From a virus, in the IMG/VR virus record IMGVR_UViG_3300032562_000005: a stretch of DNA of 64,000 nucleotides; one strand, given 5' to 3'. Positions within the stretch are counted from its first letter, which is position 1; each line of letters begins with the position of its first letter. The notes under the pieces were generated by a model. The model made no database searches and was not told the origin of the DNA. It saw only the letters and a program-made list of their open reading frames with translations. Position numbers and translations under genes: made by a program. Below, one piece after another: positions 18,903 through 28,613 of this stretch.

Positions 18903-19981
18903 CGTTTTTTTACCGCTTGTATTAATTTATCAATTGTTTGAGAACCAGTATTTGGATTACTGATTGTTTCACCGTTTTGTTGAATTTTTTGTTGTAATGT
19001 AGCAATAGCTGTAGGACTTATACCTAGTTGTTGGGCAATACCTTGCTGGGCATACTGGGCACTCGGTGATACTCCTGCTTGCCCTTGAGCTTGTTGACCT
19101 TGCGAAATTCTGCTAACAGAGCTTAATGCTAAATCAACATATTGTTGAAAAGCTCTATCAATATCTTGCGGAGTTTTTGCTACTTTCATTGTATCGAAAA
19201 TAGTAGATAATTTTTGCTTAACTTCATCTGGTACACTTTGTAATCCTGGAATATGTTGACTTATCCAAGTATTAAAATCTTTAGCAATATCTTTTTTCTG
19301 TGGTCCATTGGCTGGCTGTGTAACGCCAGGAGTTCTGGCTCTAGCCTTCATAGTTGCTAATCTATTTGGATTAATACGAGCCTCTTTAGTTACTTGCGGT
19401 GCTGCGGCATTAGATTTTACTGGAGCTACAGGCGGAACAGCCGAAGGATTTAATTGAACTCCTTTGGGATTATCTGCCTTGGCATTTAACATAGCAACAG
19501 ATTTAGGATTAGTAATTTTTTGTCCAGTTTCGTCAGTCCATGTACCACTATTATCTTTTGTGTACGACGTAGGCGAAGTAGTTCCAGGTTGCTGAATTTG
19601 CACAGTAATTCCGCCTTCGTCGGCCGCAGGGCCTGCTCCGCCAGTTTTAATATCAAACTCCTGGTCAAATGCTTTTTGTAATTGTGCTATTTTTTGTTGT
19701 TGCTGTTGTTTTACTCTAGTAGGTGTAGGCGCTTGAGCTGCTGGTGTAGTAGTGTCAACATTGAATCCTTTACGCTGAAGTGCCTGTGCTGCTTTTGCTG
19801 ATTGGGCATTTCTTTTATCTTGTTTTTTATCCCACTGTTTTTCTTGGGCACGATCGCCAGCCGCAATAAATTTATCCTTGGCGTTAGCATACCCAGTCTT
19901 AGTTGCGCTAACTGCTTTTTTAACTGAATCTAAAATGCCTTCGTCTGTGCGTTGGAGTTTAGTTATTTCATGAATTTGCAT
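18899..19981 (-). CDS. putative internal virion protein
   Basis: MQIHEI...DEGILD N-terminus; low complexity Q/A/K. Confidence 0.5.
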   Translation of the reverse strand: MQIHEITKLQRTDEGILDSVKKAVSATKTGYANAKDKFIAAGDRAQEKQWDKKQDKRNAQSAKAAQALQRKGFNVDTTTPAAQAPTPTRVKQQQQQKIAQLQKAFDQEFDIKTGGAGPAADEGGITVQIQQPGTTSPTSYTKDNSGTWTDETGQKITNPKSVAMLNAKADNPKGVQLNPSAVPPVAPVKSNAAAPQVTKEARINPNRLATMKARARTPGVTQPANGPQKKDIAKDFNTWISQHIPGLQSVPDEVKQKLSTIFDTMKVAKTPQDIDRAFQQYVDLALSSVSRISQGQQAQGQAGVSPSAQYAQQGIAQQLGISPTAIATLQQKIQQNGETISNPNTGSQTIDKLIQAVKKR

Positions 19982-20216
19982 CAGTCTTCCTTACGGTGCG
20001 AGTAAACTTGCCTGGGTCGCGAAGTTTAATAGCATTAATTAATTTGCGTGTAAGGTTATCTGCTTGCTCGGGTGTATAAGACTCGTCAATTTGCTCTAGC
20101 AAGCGAATGGCACTTGCAATGATATTAGTCGCACGATTTTCGATAACATGACGCTGATCACGCTCGATATACATACTATCTAATTCTTCTAATAAACTAC
20201 GGGTTTTCTTTTGCAT
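19968..20216 (-). CDS. hypothetical protein
   Basis: 82-aa helical ORF. Confidence 0.65.
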   Translation of the reverse strand: MQKKTRSLLEELDSMYIERDQRHVIENRATNIIASAIRLLEQIDESYTPEQADNLTRKLINAIKLRDPGKFTRTVRKTDANS

Positions 20217-20269
20217 ATTTGCCAGAACCTTTTTATTATTTATTACAATTTGAATTATGGGCTCTGTAA

Positions 20270-21673
20270 TTAATTAGGTTTAATTTGCCCTAATAATGCC
20301 TTTAATTTGCTACTTTGTACTTCTGCCGTAATTTTAGCTACTTCTCCAGTATCGGAATCTATAGTTTCCCCACTGCTAACCCTGCTTTGGGTTTTAATAT
20401 TGTCGTAAATGTTAGATTTTTTAAATGAATTTACTGGAGTCGCATCTTCAGGTAAATCAGTAATACGCATAGTTTCGATATTATAGTCTAATTCAACTTT
20501 TTGTCCTGTGCCGTTAGATGTACGAGTTTTCATACATTGTAATTGATAGCGTCCACGCTCTTTCATAGCACGACTTGTAAAGATACCAAACACATTATCT
20601 GCCGTATTAATCTTACTAATACCACCGGAAATATGACTGTGGTCAAATTCAATTTCTTCCACAGCCGCACGATTTAACTGCGAAGCTGTTACTAGTAATA
20701 CATTAAGTTCTTTAGCTAAGTTACGCAATTCTTCCGAAACATACTTGTCTTTAACGAACAAATCATTTGGGCTCACTTTAGCACTTACTGGCATTAATAA
20801 GTCCAAGTAGTCAACCATTACAAAGTCAATCTTGATGCCTGTTTGTACTTGTACTTCTTTTAAGTAACTGCGGACATCATTAATATTACTTTGCGCTGGC
20901 AATGCCTTAACACGATATTGCCCAGACTTTTTACCAAACATTTTAATCTTTAATTCTGCTGTTTCTAAATCCTTGCGAATATCTTTAGTTCCCATACCTG
21001 CTAGCATCGCATCAGTACGCAATCCAACTAGCTCTTCTGAAAGTTCTAAACTGATATATGCCCCACTAAGGCCTTGTTCTAACCACGCTAACGCAATATT
21101 CATCATAACAAGCGATTTACCTGAACCAGATCCGCCTGCGAAAATGTTAAGTTCTCCACGACTAAATCCACCATAAAGAATTCTATCTAAACTTGGCCAG
21201 CCAGTACTTACTTGTCCGCCACTATTAAAGTACTTGTCATTACGAGCTCGCGGATCAGCAAAATAATCTGTGCCCATATCTTTTTGTAAACTAATTTGAA
21301 CTGCGTCTTTAATTAATTTTTCTACTGGATCAAAATCACCTTTGTCCAACATATCATATGATTTAAGAATTGCTCTACTAAGTTCTTCTTTCTTAGTAAA
21401 ACCTTCGAATTCTTCCATAAACCAATCTAAATTACCTTCAGGTAATTCTGGAAGTGTTTCTAGTTTAGATCCGGTTGCCGCATTAATTTGCTGTAATACT
21501 GGCAATGAGCCATGCTCTTCAAAGTGAATTTTTACAAACTCAGCCGCAGTTCGCAAACTACGGTCAAAATTTTCTGGATTGTAAATATTTTGAACTCGCA
21601 CAAATGATTCAGCATCACTGAGCATCATTTCCAAGAATAATTTTTGTACTTCAATACTATAATCTTTTAACAA
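20270..21673 (-). CDS. replicative DnaB-family helicase (T4 gp41-like)
   Basis: GGSGSGKS Walker A, SLELSE, VDYLDL, TASQLNR. Confidence 0.93.
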   Translation of the reverse strand: MLKDYSIEVQKLFLEMMLSDAESFVRVQNIYNPENFDRSLRTAAEFVKIHFEEHGSLPVLQQINAATGSKLETLPELPEGNLDWFMEEFEGFTKKEELSRAILKSYDMLDKGDFDPVEKLIKDAVQISLQKDMGTDYFADPRARNDKYFNSGGQVSTGWPSLDRILYGGFSRGELNIFAGGSGSGKSLVMMNIALAWLEQGLSGAYISLELSEELVGLRTDAMLAGMGTKDIRKDLETAELKIKMFGKKSGQYRVKALPAQSNINDVRSYLKEVQVQTGIKIDFVMVDYLDLLMPVSAKVSPNDLFVKDKYVSEELRNLAKELNVLLVTASQLNRAAVEEIEFDHSHISGGISKINTADNVFGIFTSRAMKERGRYQLQCMKTRTSNGTGQKVELDYNIETMRITDLPEDATPVNSFKKSNIYDNIKTQSRVSSGETIDSDTGEVAKITAEVQSSKLKALLGQIKPN

Positions 21674-22637
21674 GTTGCTTCCTTTTTATTTCAATTTTAT
21701 ATTTGTTAGTTTCTCTAGATTGTAATATAGTTAGTAGTGTCGCTACCTTACCCATACAAATCACAGCATCGTTAACATCCTTAATGCCAGTGGGCCAATC
21801 TGGAATACTAACAGCCCAACCTAATTCTATTGCTTTATCTACTAATGCCATGCCAGCCTTATCTTGGTCTGGGACTACTGTAATAGTTTTTCCTAAACTT
21901 TTAATCACTTGTGCTTGCGTCGAATTAATATCATTATGTAATACGGCTAGCCCATTGATAGCTAGCGCATCGAATACTCCTTCGACTACAATAGTGTGTT
22001 GCCATGAATCTTTTTGTAAGTCAACTCCAAATACATATCCCTGTTGTGTATCTGAAATAAATTTAGGCATTCTGCCATCTATATATCTAGCAGAGTTACC
22101 TACCATCAAACCCTTGTGTGTAAAGGGTATTACAATTTGTTTGCTTAACCTGCCTGCCGCTTCTGGGCTTACCATATACGGATATGCCGTACAATCTATT
22201 CCACGACCTTCTAAGTATTCAATATACGGGAAATGTAGCGGATTGTCAAGATCCAATAGTTCCAAGTCTGCGGGTAAATCTCTTTCTTCAAATTCTACTG
22301 CCTTAATTATTGTTCGATTGCTTTCTAACATACCATTCATGGTACGATGTCTAAGACTTTCGATATTAATTTGTTCTATTACTTGTTGATCTACACCAAT
22401 CCATTCTAATAACTTACGAGCTTTAAATGATAAATTTCTTCCTAAAACAAAGCTAGCTGTGTACCCACAATTAAAACAGTGATAACTCCACCCACCTTCT
22501 GGCATAGGTTTTAGGCCGCCACGCTGTCTTTTGTCTTGACTATTGCCCCGATGAATACAACAAGGAGCGTTAAATGATATCCAGCCGGAACTAGTCTGTT
22601 TTCGTTTCGCAGGGAGAAAAGATATCACATCAATCAT
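21657..22637 (-). CDS. DNA primase (gp61-like)
   Basis: Zn-binding PCC...HCFNC; TOPRIM VEGVFDA, PDQDKAG, KDVND. Confidence 0.9.
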   Translation of the reverse strand: MIDVISFLPAKRKQTSSGWISFNAPCCIHRGNSQDKRQRGGLKPMPEGGWSYHCFNCGYTASFVLGRNLSFKARKLLEWIGVDQQVIEQINIESLRHRTMNGMLESNRTIIKAVEFEERDLPADLELLDLDNPLHFPYIEYLEGRGIDCTAYPYMVSPEAAGRLSKQIVIPFTHKGLMVGNSARYIDGRMPKFISDTQQGYVFGVDLQKDSWQHTIVVEGVFDALAINGLAVLHNDINSTQAQVIKSLGKTITVVPDQDKAGMALVDKAIELGWAVSIPDWPTGIKDVNDAVICMGKVATLLTILQSRETNKYKIEIKRKQLVKRL

Positions 22638-22675
22638 GCTATAATTATAGCAGATTCAAACGATAAAATCAACGA

Positions 22676-23833
22676 TTAACGGTATAATATGTTCAAAACA
22701 TATCCAGTCGAAATAACTGGGAAGGCACCTTGATTAGCTGGAGGTACCGGATATGCCGCAGGATTAACGCCGCCAGAAGGTATTGGCCAATAGCCAGAAC
22801 CACCGTGTACAACATTGAATCCAGTAACTGTACCATCTCCACTAATGTTGGCAGTAACTACTGCTCCAGAACCATTACCTACAATGTCTACTTGCGGCGG
22901 AGCCAAATATCCTGCGCCTGGATTAGTTACAACCACATCAGTAACTACACCCTCGTTACATACCGCGTAAGCCATTGCTGGAAAACCAGGTGGATTTGGT
23001 GTGGCAAAAATACTGTTATTGAAACACAATCTAAGTAGTGGATACCAGCCCACTATATTCATATAAATGGTTCTAGTTTCGTTGTAATAAGTTGTAGAAT
23101 CTGTACAGTTGTACCAAATACTTTCATAGTTTTGTGCAAATTGTGCCTTGATAGTTCCTGTAAAACCTACTAAATCCATTTGAATTGTAGTAATATAGTT
23201 ACGAGGTTCGATAAAACTTGAATAGAATTCTGTATTTTGATAATTGTTGTATCCGTTGGCATACCAACTACCATCCCCGCCATAATACCAGTTGCCAGCC
23301 CAACCTGGGTATTGCTCGTAACTTGCGCCACCATAACTTGTTTGTGAGCTTAAACTTGTAGTTGGAATTGTAAGCGGAACTGATGGCACAAACTGTGGGA
23401 AAACTGAATTAACTAAATCAATAGGAGCGCGAGCACCTGCTTGAGCATTAGTAAATACCGCTTGATTTAGATTGCCACTTTGGCATGATATAGAATAAGA
23501 AGCTGGTTGAGCAATTAATTCTAATGTATCTTCTGCTGGAATGAACACTTTTACCTGACCAGTAGCACCATTAAGAATAGTCATAGGTTCTTGTAACAAT
23601 ATCACAGTTCCTGCTGTATTTGTTACACGGAAAGTAAAGGTACATCCGTTAACATTTACAGGTTTTTCGTCCTGGTTAACAAATGAGAATAGGAGTACAT
23701 TATCTACTCCTAAATTAAGGGTTAGTCTTTTAGCGTACACGGGATCGTACCTCATAGTAAAGTATTGCCCACTGCTGTCGAGCAATAGCACCTGTGTTCG
23801 TTGTTGGTAGATATAAGCGGTGGTTGAATACAT
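22676..23833 (-). CDS. putative virion structural protein
   Basis: Ig/BppU-like N-terminus; VVVTNPGAGY / VVHGGSGY repeats; TAAATA upstream. Confidence 0.55.
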   Translation of the reverse strand: MYSTTAYIYQQRTQVLLLDSSGQYFTMRYDPVYAKRLTLNLGVDNVLLFSFVNQDEKPVNVNGCTFTFRVTNTAGTVILLQEPMTILNGATGQVKVFIPAEDTLELIAQPASYSISCQSGNLNQAVFTNAQAGARAPIDLVNSVFPQFVPSVPLTIPTTSLSSQTSYGGASYEQYPGWAGNWYYGGDGSWYANGYNNYQNTEFYSSFIEPRNYITTIQMDLVGFTGTIKAQFAQNYESIWYNCTDSTTYYNETRTIYMNIVGWYPLLRLCFNNSIFATPNPPGFPAMAYAVCNEGVVTDVVVTNPGAGYLAPPQVDIVGNGSGAVVTANISGDGTVTGFNVVHGGSGYWPIPSGGVNPAAYPVPPANQGAFPVISTGYVLNILYR

Positions 23834-23902
23834 ACATATTATTTAGCGATATTTAACGAGATATTTTTATACCATAAATATTCCAAACGATAACTATACT
23901 AG

Positions 23903-24280
23903 ATGACTTCAGAAATATTCACAAAATTAACCGACAAATACCCGTTTATAACGCTGTGTGTTTACGCTTCTCAAGAATACGTCGGGATTATACAAAATAG
24001 AGATGATGCTGTCACTACTATCTATGACTTTGGCAGTATCACTGATTTAGAAGCAAAAAAGCTATTCTTAGAATTAGCTAATATTTGGTGGTGGGAAAGC
24101 AATCGTAGCATTCCTATTAACATATTTCTAAAGCAAGAATGGCACCCATTTAAGGGCTATTTGCGTACTTTTGTCAACAAAGATCTCGAAATATTACATG
24201 GCCCAGTATGCAGTTTAGCTGAAATGGGCCGCAAGAAAAGTAAACGAAAGAGTATTACTTTAGTCCGTAGAATGGATTAA
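23903..24280 (+). CDS. hypothetical protein
   Basis: 125-aa ORF (WWWESNRSIPINIFL) with TAAATA at 23875. Confidence 0.7.
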   Translation: MTSEIFTKLTDKYPFITLCVYASQEYVGIIQNRDDAVTTIYDFGSITDLEAKKLFLELANIWWWESNRSIPINIFLKQEWHPFKGYLRTFVNKDLEILHGPVCSLAEMGRKKSKRKSITLVRRMD

Positions 24281-24925
24281 GTTTGTTAGTTCGTTAAGAG
24301 TAATACTACTTTTCATACCCTTGCTACTATTTTTCTTAGCTTCTAATATCTGTAAATTTGCTGGGTGATTTACAATTTCTATACTTAAACCAGCATTCCA
24401 CGCATCCATAATACTAAATTTATGATCCACATGATAGGTCTGCTGACCTAATACATACCCTTGTTCGCGGGCCCATTGCTGAGCTTTGCTTCTAACACGT
24501 CGGGCATAATGTCTATAATCCTTGGCGGTTTGCGGATCAAGCATATTAGTTTTTTTAAGTTTAGTTTCTCTCATTTTTGCTAGCGGGCCTGGTTGCCCGC
24601 AGCAATGCTTGAAAAATGTTTCTCTAGTTTTTTCTTTACGATTGTCTGCGTTTTTCCAATCGTTAGAAACACGGGCTACCGCCCGTTTAACAGATGCAGG
24701 GCATTGATGAGATATTTTGTGACAACAATATTTCCCATTAGTGTTTTTAAATAGGGCAACCTGCCCACATCCTAAATCACAAATTTGTCCAGTTGGTATC
24801 GCTTCGTGTATTTGCTTATGGTAGTGATACATCTGCGGATTATTTGAGATATAATCGCAATGCTCACACTTACGAGGATATTGTATTTTTGATATTTTAC
24901 TTAGACTGCCTTTTGGTCTTCCCAT
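24260..24925 (-). CDS. HNH homing endonuclease
   Basis: YHVDHKFSI...HPANLQIL...N..KG; N-terminal Cys/His Zn motifs. Confidence 0.75.
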   Translation of the reverse strand: MGRPKGSLSKISKIQYPRKCEHCDYISNNPQMYHYHKQIHEAIPTGQICDLGCGQVALFKNTNGKYCCHKISHQCPASVKRAVARVSNDWKNADNRKEKTRETFFKHCCGQPGPLAKMRETKLKKTNMLDPQTAKDYRHYARRVRSKAQQWAREQGYVLGQQTYHVDHKFSIMDAWNAGLSIEIVNHPANLQILEAKKNSSKGMKSSITLNELTNLIHSTD

Positions 24926-24966
24926 AACTACTCCTTACAAGTATTTATTTAAGAAAACGCATTGTG

Positions 24967-25533
24967 TTATTTTTCTGACAATAAATTCATGTGCAACGCC
25001 ACCAAGACGCTGTAAGAAATTGAATGGGCCTTTTTGAATGTAAAGCCTTTAGAATCATCCCCGTCCCAAACAGTTTCAAAGATTTCCTTCCAAGGTTTAT
25101 TTTGTAAGTGGGCCTTACCTGGCCTAATAATCGCGATAAATGCCGCCATTCTTGGTATTGAATCTGGCTTCATTTTACTTAACAAGTCTGTATAATTTCC
25201 AATATGTACTAACTGTTTAGCCCACTCGGGGTCAGTCCATAGTCTTTCCCACGGCGGTTGTTTATCTAGCATTGCTCGATAATGTTCAGGAGATTTAACT
25301 AATTGATAAACTGACATATTAAGTAAGTCAATTTTAAAATATCCTCGTTGTTCGGCTTCCTCGTAATCGATAGCCGCACATTCATTTACTGGGTCATACG
25401 GAATATCAGTAACATATACACCTGATGCGTGACGTCTGACTTGATTTTGTGTGATCTGCCTGGCAGGAATAGCTTGAATAAGTTTTAAAACTTGTTCTCT
25501 GTCAGCTAAATCGATATCAATATCTGCGCTCAT
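24967..25533 (-). CDS. miniature DNA polymerase III alpha (DnaE)-like protein, 188 aa
   Basis: ADIDID, HASGV, FKIDLL, AIIRPG, FKKAHSISY. Confidence 0.75.
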   Translation of the reverse strand: MSADIDIDLADREQVLKLIQAIPARQITQNQVRRHASGVYVTDIPYDPVNECAAIDYEEAEQRGYFKIDLLNMSVYQLVKSPEHYRAMLDKQPPWERLWTDPEWAKQLVHIGNYTDLLSKMKPDSIPRMAAFIAIIRPGKAHLQNKPWKEIFETVWDGDDSKGFTFKKAHSISYSVLVALHMNLLSEK

Positions 25534-25904
25534 AGTAGCACTAGTATAGCAATAATTCCAATATAAGTCAAGTAATGTAGCCCTTGATCGGCGCCGTGTA
25601 ATATCCAAAACTCTTTGTCGTTGGGTGTATAGTCTCGAGCAAGATTTGTTTTGACCCAATCAATATGATAATGGATGATGCCATCTAAAAATCCTAATAT
25701 AACTGCTAACTCGATAGATGGAATAGCTACAGCCAATACTAAAAAAGTTCCGGCGGTATGAAGTAACGCATGATGTCTACCGCCTTCTGCTCCGTATATT
25801 CCTTTTTCTGATAACATATAAGGAAACTGTAGCCAGAAGTCACATATAAAATGTTTAATCCCAAATAGTGCTAATAAAATAATTGTTAGCGTTGTCATCA
25901 CCAA
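25530..25904 (-). CDS. DUF3307-like membrane protein
   Basis: KHFICDFWLQ, H...H, HYHIDWVK, GADQGLH. Confidence 0.7.
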   Translation of the reverse strand: MVMTTLTIILLALFGIKHFICDFWLQFPYMLSEKGIYGAEGGRHHALLHTAGTFLVLAVAIPSIELAVILGFLDGIIHYHIDWVKTNLARDYTPNDKEFWILHGADQGLHYLTYIGIIAILVLL

Positions 25905-26572
25905 CCTGCTTTCTTTAATAGTTCCTGTGCTTCGATACGATTAGCTGGGTCTTCTTTTAATTTCTTTTGCCAAATATCTGGATCGATATACGGCCATACC
26001 ATACTTTGATGTTCGGTACTCATTTCAGATAAAAACTTTTGACCCGATTCACAGTTATATAGTACCCACGGACTAATACGGCCATTAACAATAGCGTTAG
26101 TTATAATATTGTGATTGCCGTATCGCAAATAATCACAAGATGGCGCTCCTTTTTCTTCGGCCCACTTTATAGAATATTCTAGTGCTCTAGCTAAAGCATC
26201 TTCCATAGTTTCAACTTTTAAGTAAAATAAAAGATATTCGCCATAGATACTATCTTTACACCAGTAGTCAATTTTTTTATTATTCTTTAAAACCCATTCT
26301 GTAAAACGAGCAGGATTGATAGCGCGAATACTAACGCAATACCAACCAAATTTTACAAAAGCTCTGTAGTACGGTGATTCAGCAAAGTCTTCGAATGTTT
26401 TTGTTTTAGCTGAGCCTTGTGTTATTTCGTAAAATTTTAAATATGCGTTGAAGCCTAAACGCACACCAGTTTCGTTTTGTTCTTGAATTCGTTTCTTTGG
26501 TTCGCAAACATGGACCGCAAGAGTATTTTCGCGGGAGAAACTTTTCTTACAATAACGACAAGTATAGCTCAT
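25898..26572 (-). CDS. zinc-finger-containing hypothetical protein
   Basis: CRYC...H.C at N-terminus. Confidence 0.65.
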   Translation of the reverse strand: MSYTCRYCKKSFSRENTLAVHVCEPKKRIQEQNETGVRLGFNAYLKFYEITQGSAKTKTFEDFAESPYYRAFVKFGWYCVSIRAINPARFTEWVLKNNKKIDYWCKDSIYGEYLLFYLKVETMEDALARALEYSIKWAEEKGAPSCDYLRYGNHNIITNAIVNGRISPWVLYNCESGQKFLSEMSTEHQSMVWPYIDPDIWQKKLKEDPANRIEAQELLKKAGW

Positions 26573-26802
26573 TCGTTTTCTAGATTAATTACAAAATGTC
26601 TTTCAAGTTTTTCAGCTTTAATATAAGCAATACGGTCAACATTGTTGGTATAGCTTGCCCCAAATACTGGCAATAGTTTAGCAACTTCAAGGGCCGTAAT
26701 ATGTTTTACGGGTTTGTAAAACCATTTATCACCGTTGGTATCTGTAAAGAATATACCTTTAAATTCTGGAACTGCTGCTTCTTTTTTGAATGGCCAAATC
26801 AT
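26569..26802 (-). CDS. hypothetical protein
   Basis: 77-aa ORF, ATGA overlaps on both sides. Confidence 0.6.
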   Translation of the reverse strand: MIWPFKKEAAVPEFKGIFFTDTNGDKWFYKPVKHITALEVAKLLPVFGASYTNNVDRIAYIKAEKLERHFVINLENE

Positions 26803-27254
26803 TTTTTCTTAGTCTCCTGTCCTAATAATTTTAAATATTCGTCTATATCTTTTTTAGTATTAATCATTGCCATGACTTCTATTTCATCATCTTTTAAATG
26901 CGGATATAGTTCTGCTAACTGCTTCTTAATGCTACCTGCGCCTGGTTCTTTTTTCTTTGGAGCTATCCAATTATGACGGAAAACTCCTAAATCTGGGCTT
27001 ACTGTAGTTCCCACGAGCCATTGTAAATTTGGATGTTTATTTAAGTTAAAGAAATGTTTATTATGACGCTCGTTAGTAGCAACAAGATAAAAATGTTGTA
27101 AATCGCTATTACCAACTACACTACTGTTCCATCGGATAAACGGAAATAGCGATTTACAACATTTTTTACGCTCTTCGTCAGTAAGGCTATCGTAAAAATC
27201 ACGATTCTTTTTATCGAATTGTGCCATTTCATTTGAAATATGTAACTTATCCAC
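26799..27254 (-). CDS. possible clamp-loader small subunit (gp62-like)
   Basis: Size, replication-cluster context and general resemblance only. Confidence 0.4.
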   Translation of the reverse strand: MDKLHISNEMAQFDKKNRDFYDSLTDEERKKCCKSLFPFIRWNSSVVGNSDLQHFYLVATNERHNKHFFNLNKHPNLQWLVGTTVSPDLGVFRHNWIAPKKKEPGAGSIKKQLAELYPHLKDDEIEVMAMINTKKDIDEYLKLLGQETKKK

Positions 27255-27465
27255 GAGGTAATTTTCCTGCTATAACACTAATTTGATCCTTAATTCGCTT
27301 AATATCACGAACCAATTTATCTACAAGTTTGTACTGTGTATCTATACGAGCGTTTAATTCTTTAATGCTTACCTGAAGCGATTCGATAGTTTTTTGCTCG
27401 GGAGTTTTTGTAACAGGTTTTACTGTGCCTGTGTCTATAGTATCTGACGTTTTATATTGGTCCAT
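27247..27465 (-). CDS. coiled-coil hypothetical protein
   Basis: 72-aa ORF. Confidence 0.6.
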   Translation of the reverse strand: MDQYKTSDTIDTGTVKPVTKTPEQKTIESLQVSIKELNARIDTQYKLVDKLVRDIKRIKDQISVIAGKLPRG

Positions 27466-27965
27466 TAGAATGCCTTATTATAATCTACTACTTCACAAGT
27501 GCGACTAATATCCTTAACAAAATAGACACACTCAGGTTCTTTACCTTCGCCTAACGGAACGCATAGCATCTGTCCGTTCTTTAATTTAGGCGCATACCAA
27601 GCTACATCTTGATACACATCTAGTATTTCTACATCAAGAAAACTTGGACGGAAACTTGTAATTGGGTTAAACTGAAACGCTTTAAATCCTCTATCGTTTA
27701 ATGCTGACAATGGAATAACTTCCAAGTCGCCAAAATCTGGCTCGCCGATTAGTAGTTGCCAGTCTACCGGCATTCTAACTTTATGGTCGCCAATGCGTAA
27801 TACTAGTGCTGGCGCATTAAAACTTTCAAGAAATATCAATGGAATATAATGATAATCTGGGTCTTGCGGATTACTATTATCTAAAATACTAAATCGCATA
27901 TCATCAATTTCTTCTGGAAGATGATCTAAATCGTAAGGCTCGTTGTCTAATGTTAAAATGCGCAA
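27465..27965 (-). CDS. hypothetical protein (TTG start)
   Basis: 166-aa ORF following uvsW and the inserted endonuclease. Confidence 0.7.
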   Translation of the reverse strand: MRILTLDNEPYDLDHLPEEIDDMRFSILDNSNPQDPDYHYIPLIFLESFNAPALVLRIGDHKVRMPVDWQLLIGEPDFGDLEVIPLSALNDRGFKAFQFNPITSFRPSFLDVEILDVYQDVAWYAPKLKNGQMLCVPLGEGKEPECVYFVKDISRTCEVVDYNKAF

Positions 27966-27995
27966 GGTAAATAAGTCCTTAATAAATAAAATTAT

Positions 27996-28613
27996 ATGTA
28001 TCTCAAAAACAAATACACCATATGCTACTATAACATAGTCAACCGGGCTAAGTCAAGAGCTTCTACAAGGAAAGATGCCAAAAAGTTATTCGGTTATACT
28101 GAAAAACATCACATCATTCCAAAAGCTCTTGGCGGAACTAACACCGTTGATAATTTAGTATATTTAACAGCTAGAGAACATTTTATATGTCATTTGCTAT
28201 TAACTAAAATGGTTGACGGCAAAGCTCAACATCAAATGGTCAAGGCGGCTCATTTGATGACTATTGCTACTACTAAACATACCCGACATTCTTGTTCTTC
28301 CCGTATATTTGAGATGCTTAAACGAGATGCTGCCACTGCTCATTCAAAACTAACTAAAGGTAAACCAAAACATACTAAGTCATCTAGAGAAATTCTTTCT
28401 CGCAAATCAATGGGCAGAGTATCTGGATTCAAAAATAAATCGCATACCGCAGAATCAAAAAAATTATTAGCTATTTCTCATATTAAAGCGTGTATTTCTC
28501 CGCTAGGTGAAATATTTAATAGTACTATCGAAGCAGCCAACGCATATAATTTATCTCCACCTGCATTACGAGGAAGAATTACTCGCGGAGTTAGTGGCTG
28601 GCGTTACCTGTAA
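27996..28613 (+). CDS. HNH homing endonuclease with NUMOD3/NUMOD1-like DNA-binding modules
   Basis: EKHHIIPKALGG.N..DNLVYLTAREHFICH; KSHTAESKK; antisense to the surrounding operon. Confidence 0.88.
   Translation: MYLKNKYTICYYNIVNRAKSRASTRKDAKKLFGYTEKHHIIPKALGGTNTVDNLVYLTAREHFICHLLLTKMVDGKAQHQMVKAAHLMTIATTKHTRHSCSSRIFEMLKRDAATAHSKLTKGKPKHTKSSREILSRKSMGRVSGFKNKSHTAESKKLLAISHIKACISPLGEIFNSTIEAANAYNLSPPALRGRITRGVSGWRYL

Noticed and set aside
21703-22389. Long plus-strand ORFs such as 21703..22389, 43429..44172 and 30196..30549
   Set aside because: They are antisense shadows of better-supported minus-strand genes and show no recognisable motifs.
25534-25659. N-terminal extension of the DnaE-like ORF in the track (similar extensions at 2611, 5222, 14849, 32720, 57839)
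   Set aside because: They overlap upstream genes or promoters; downstream ATGs fit RBS or coupling better.
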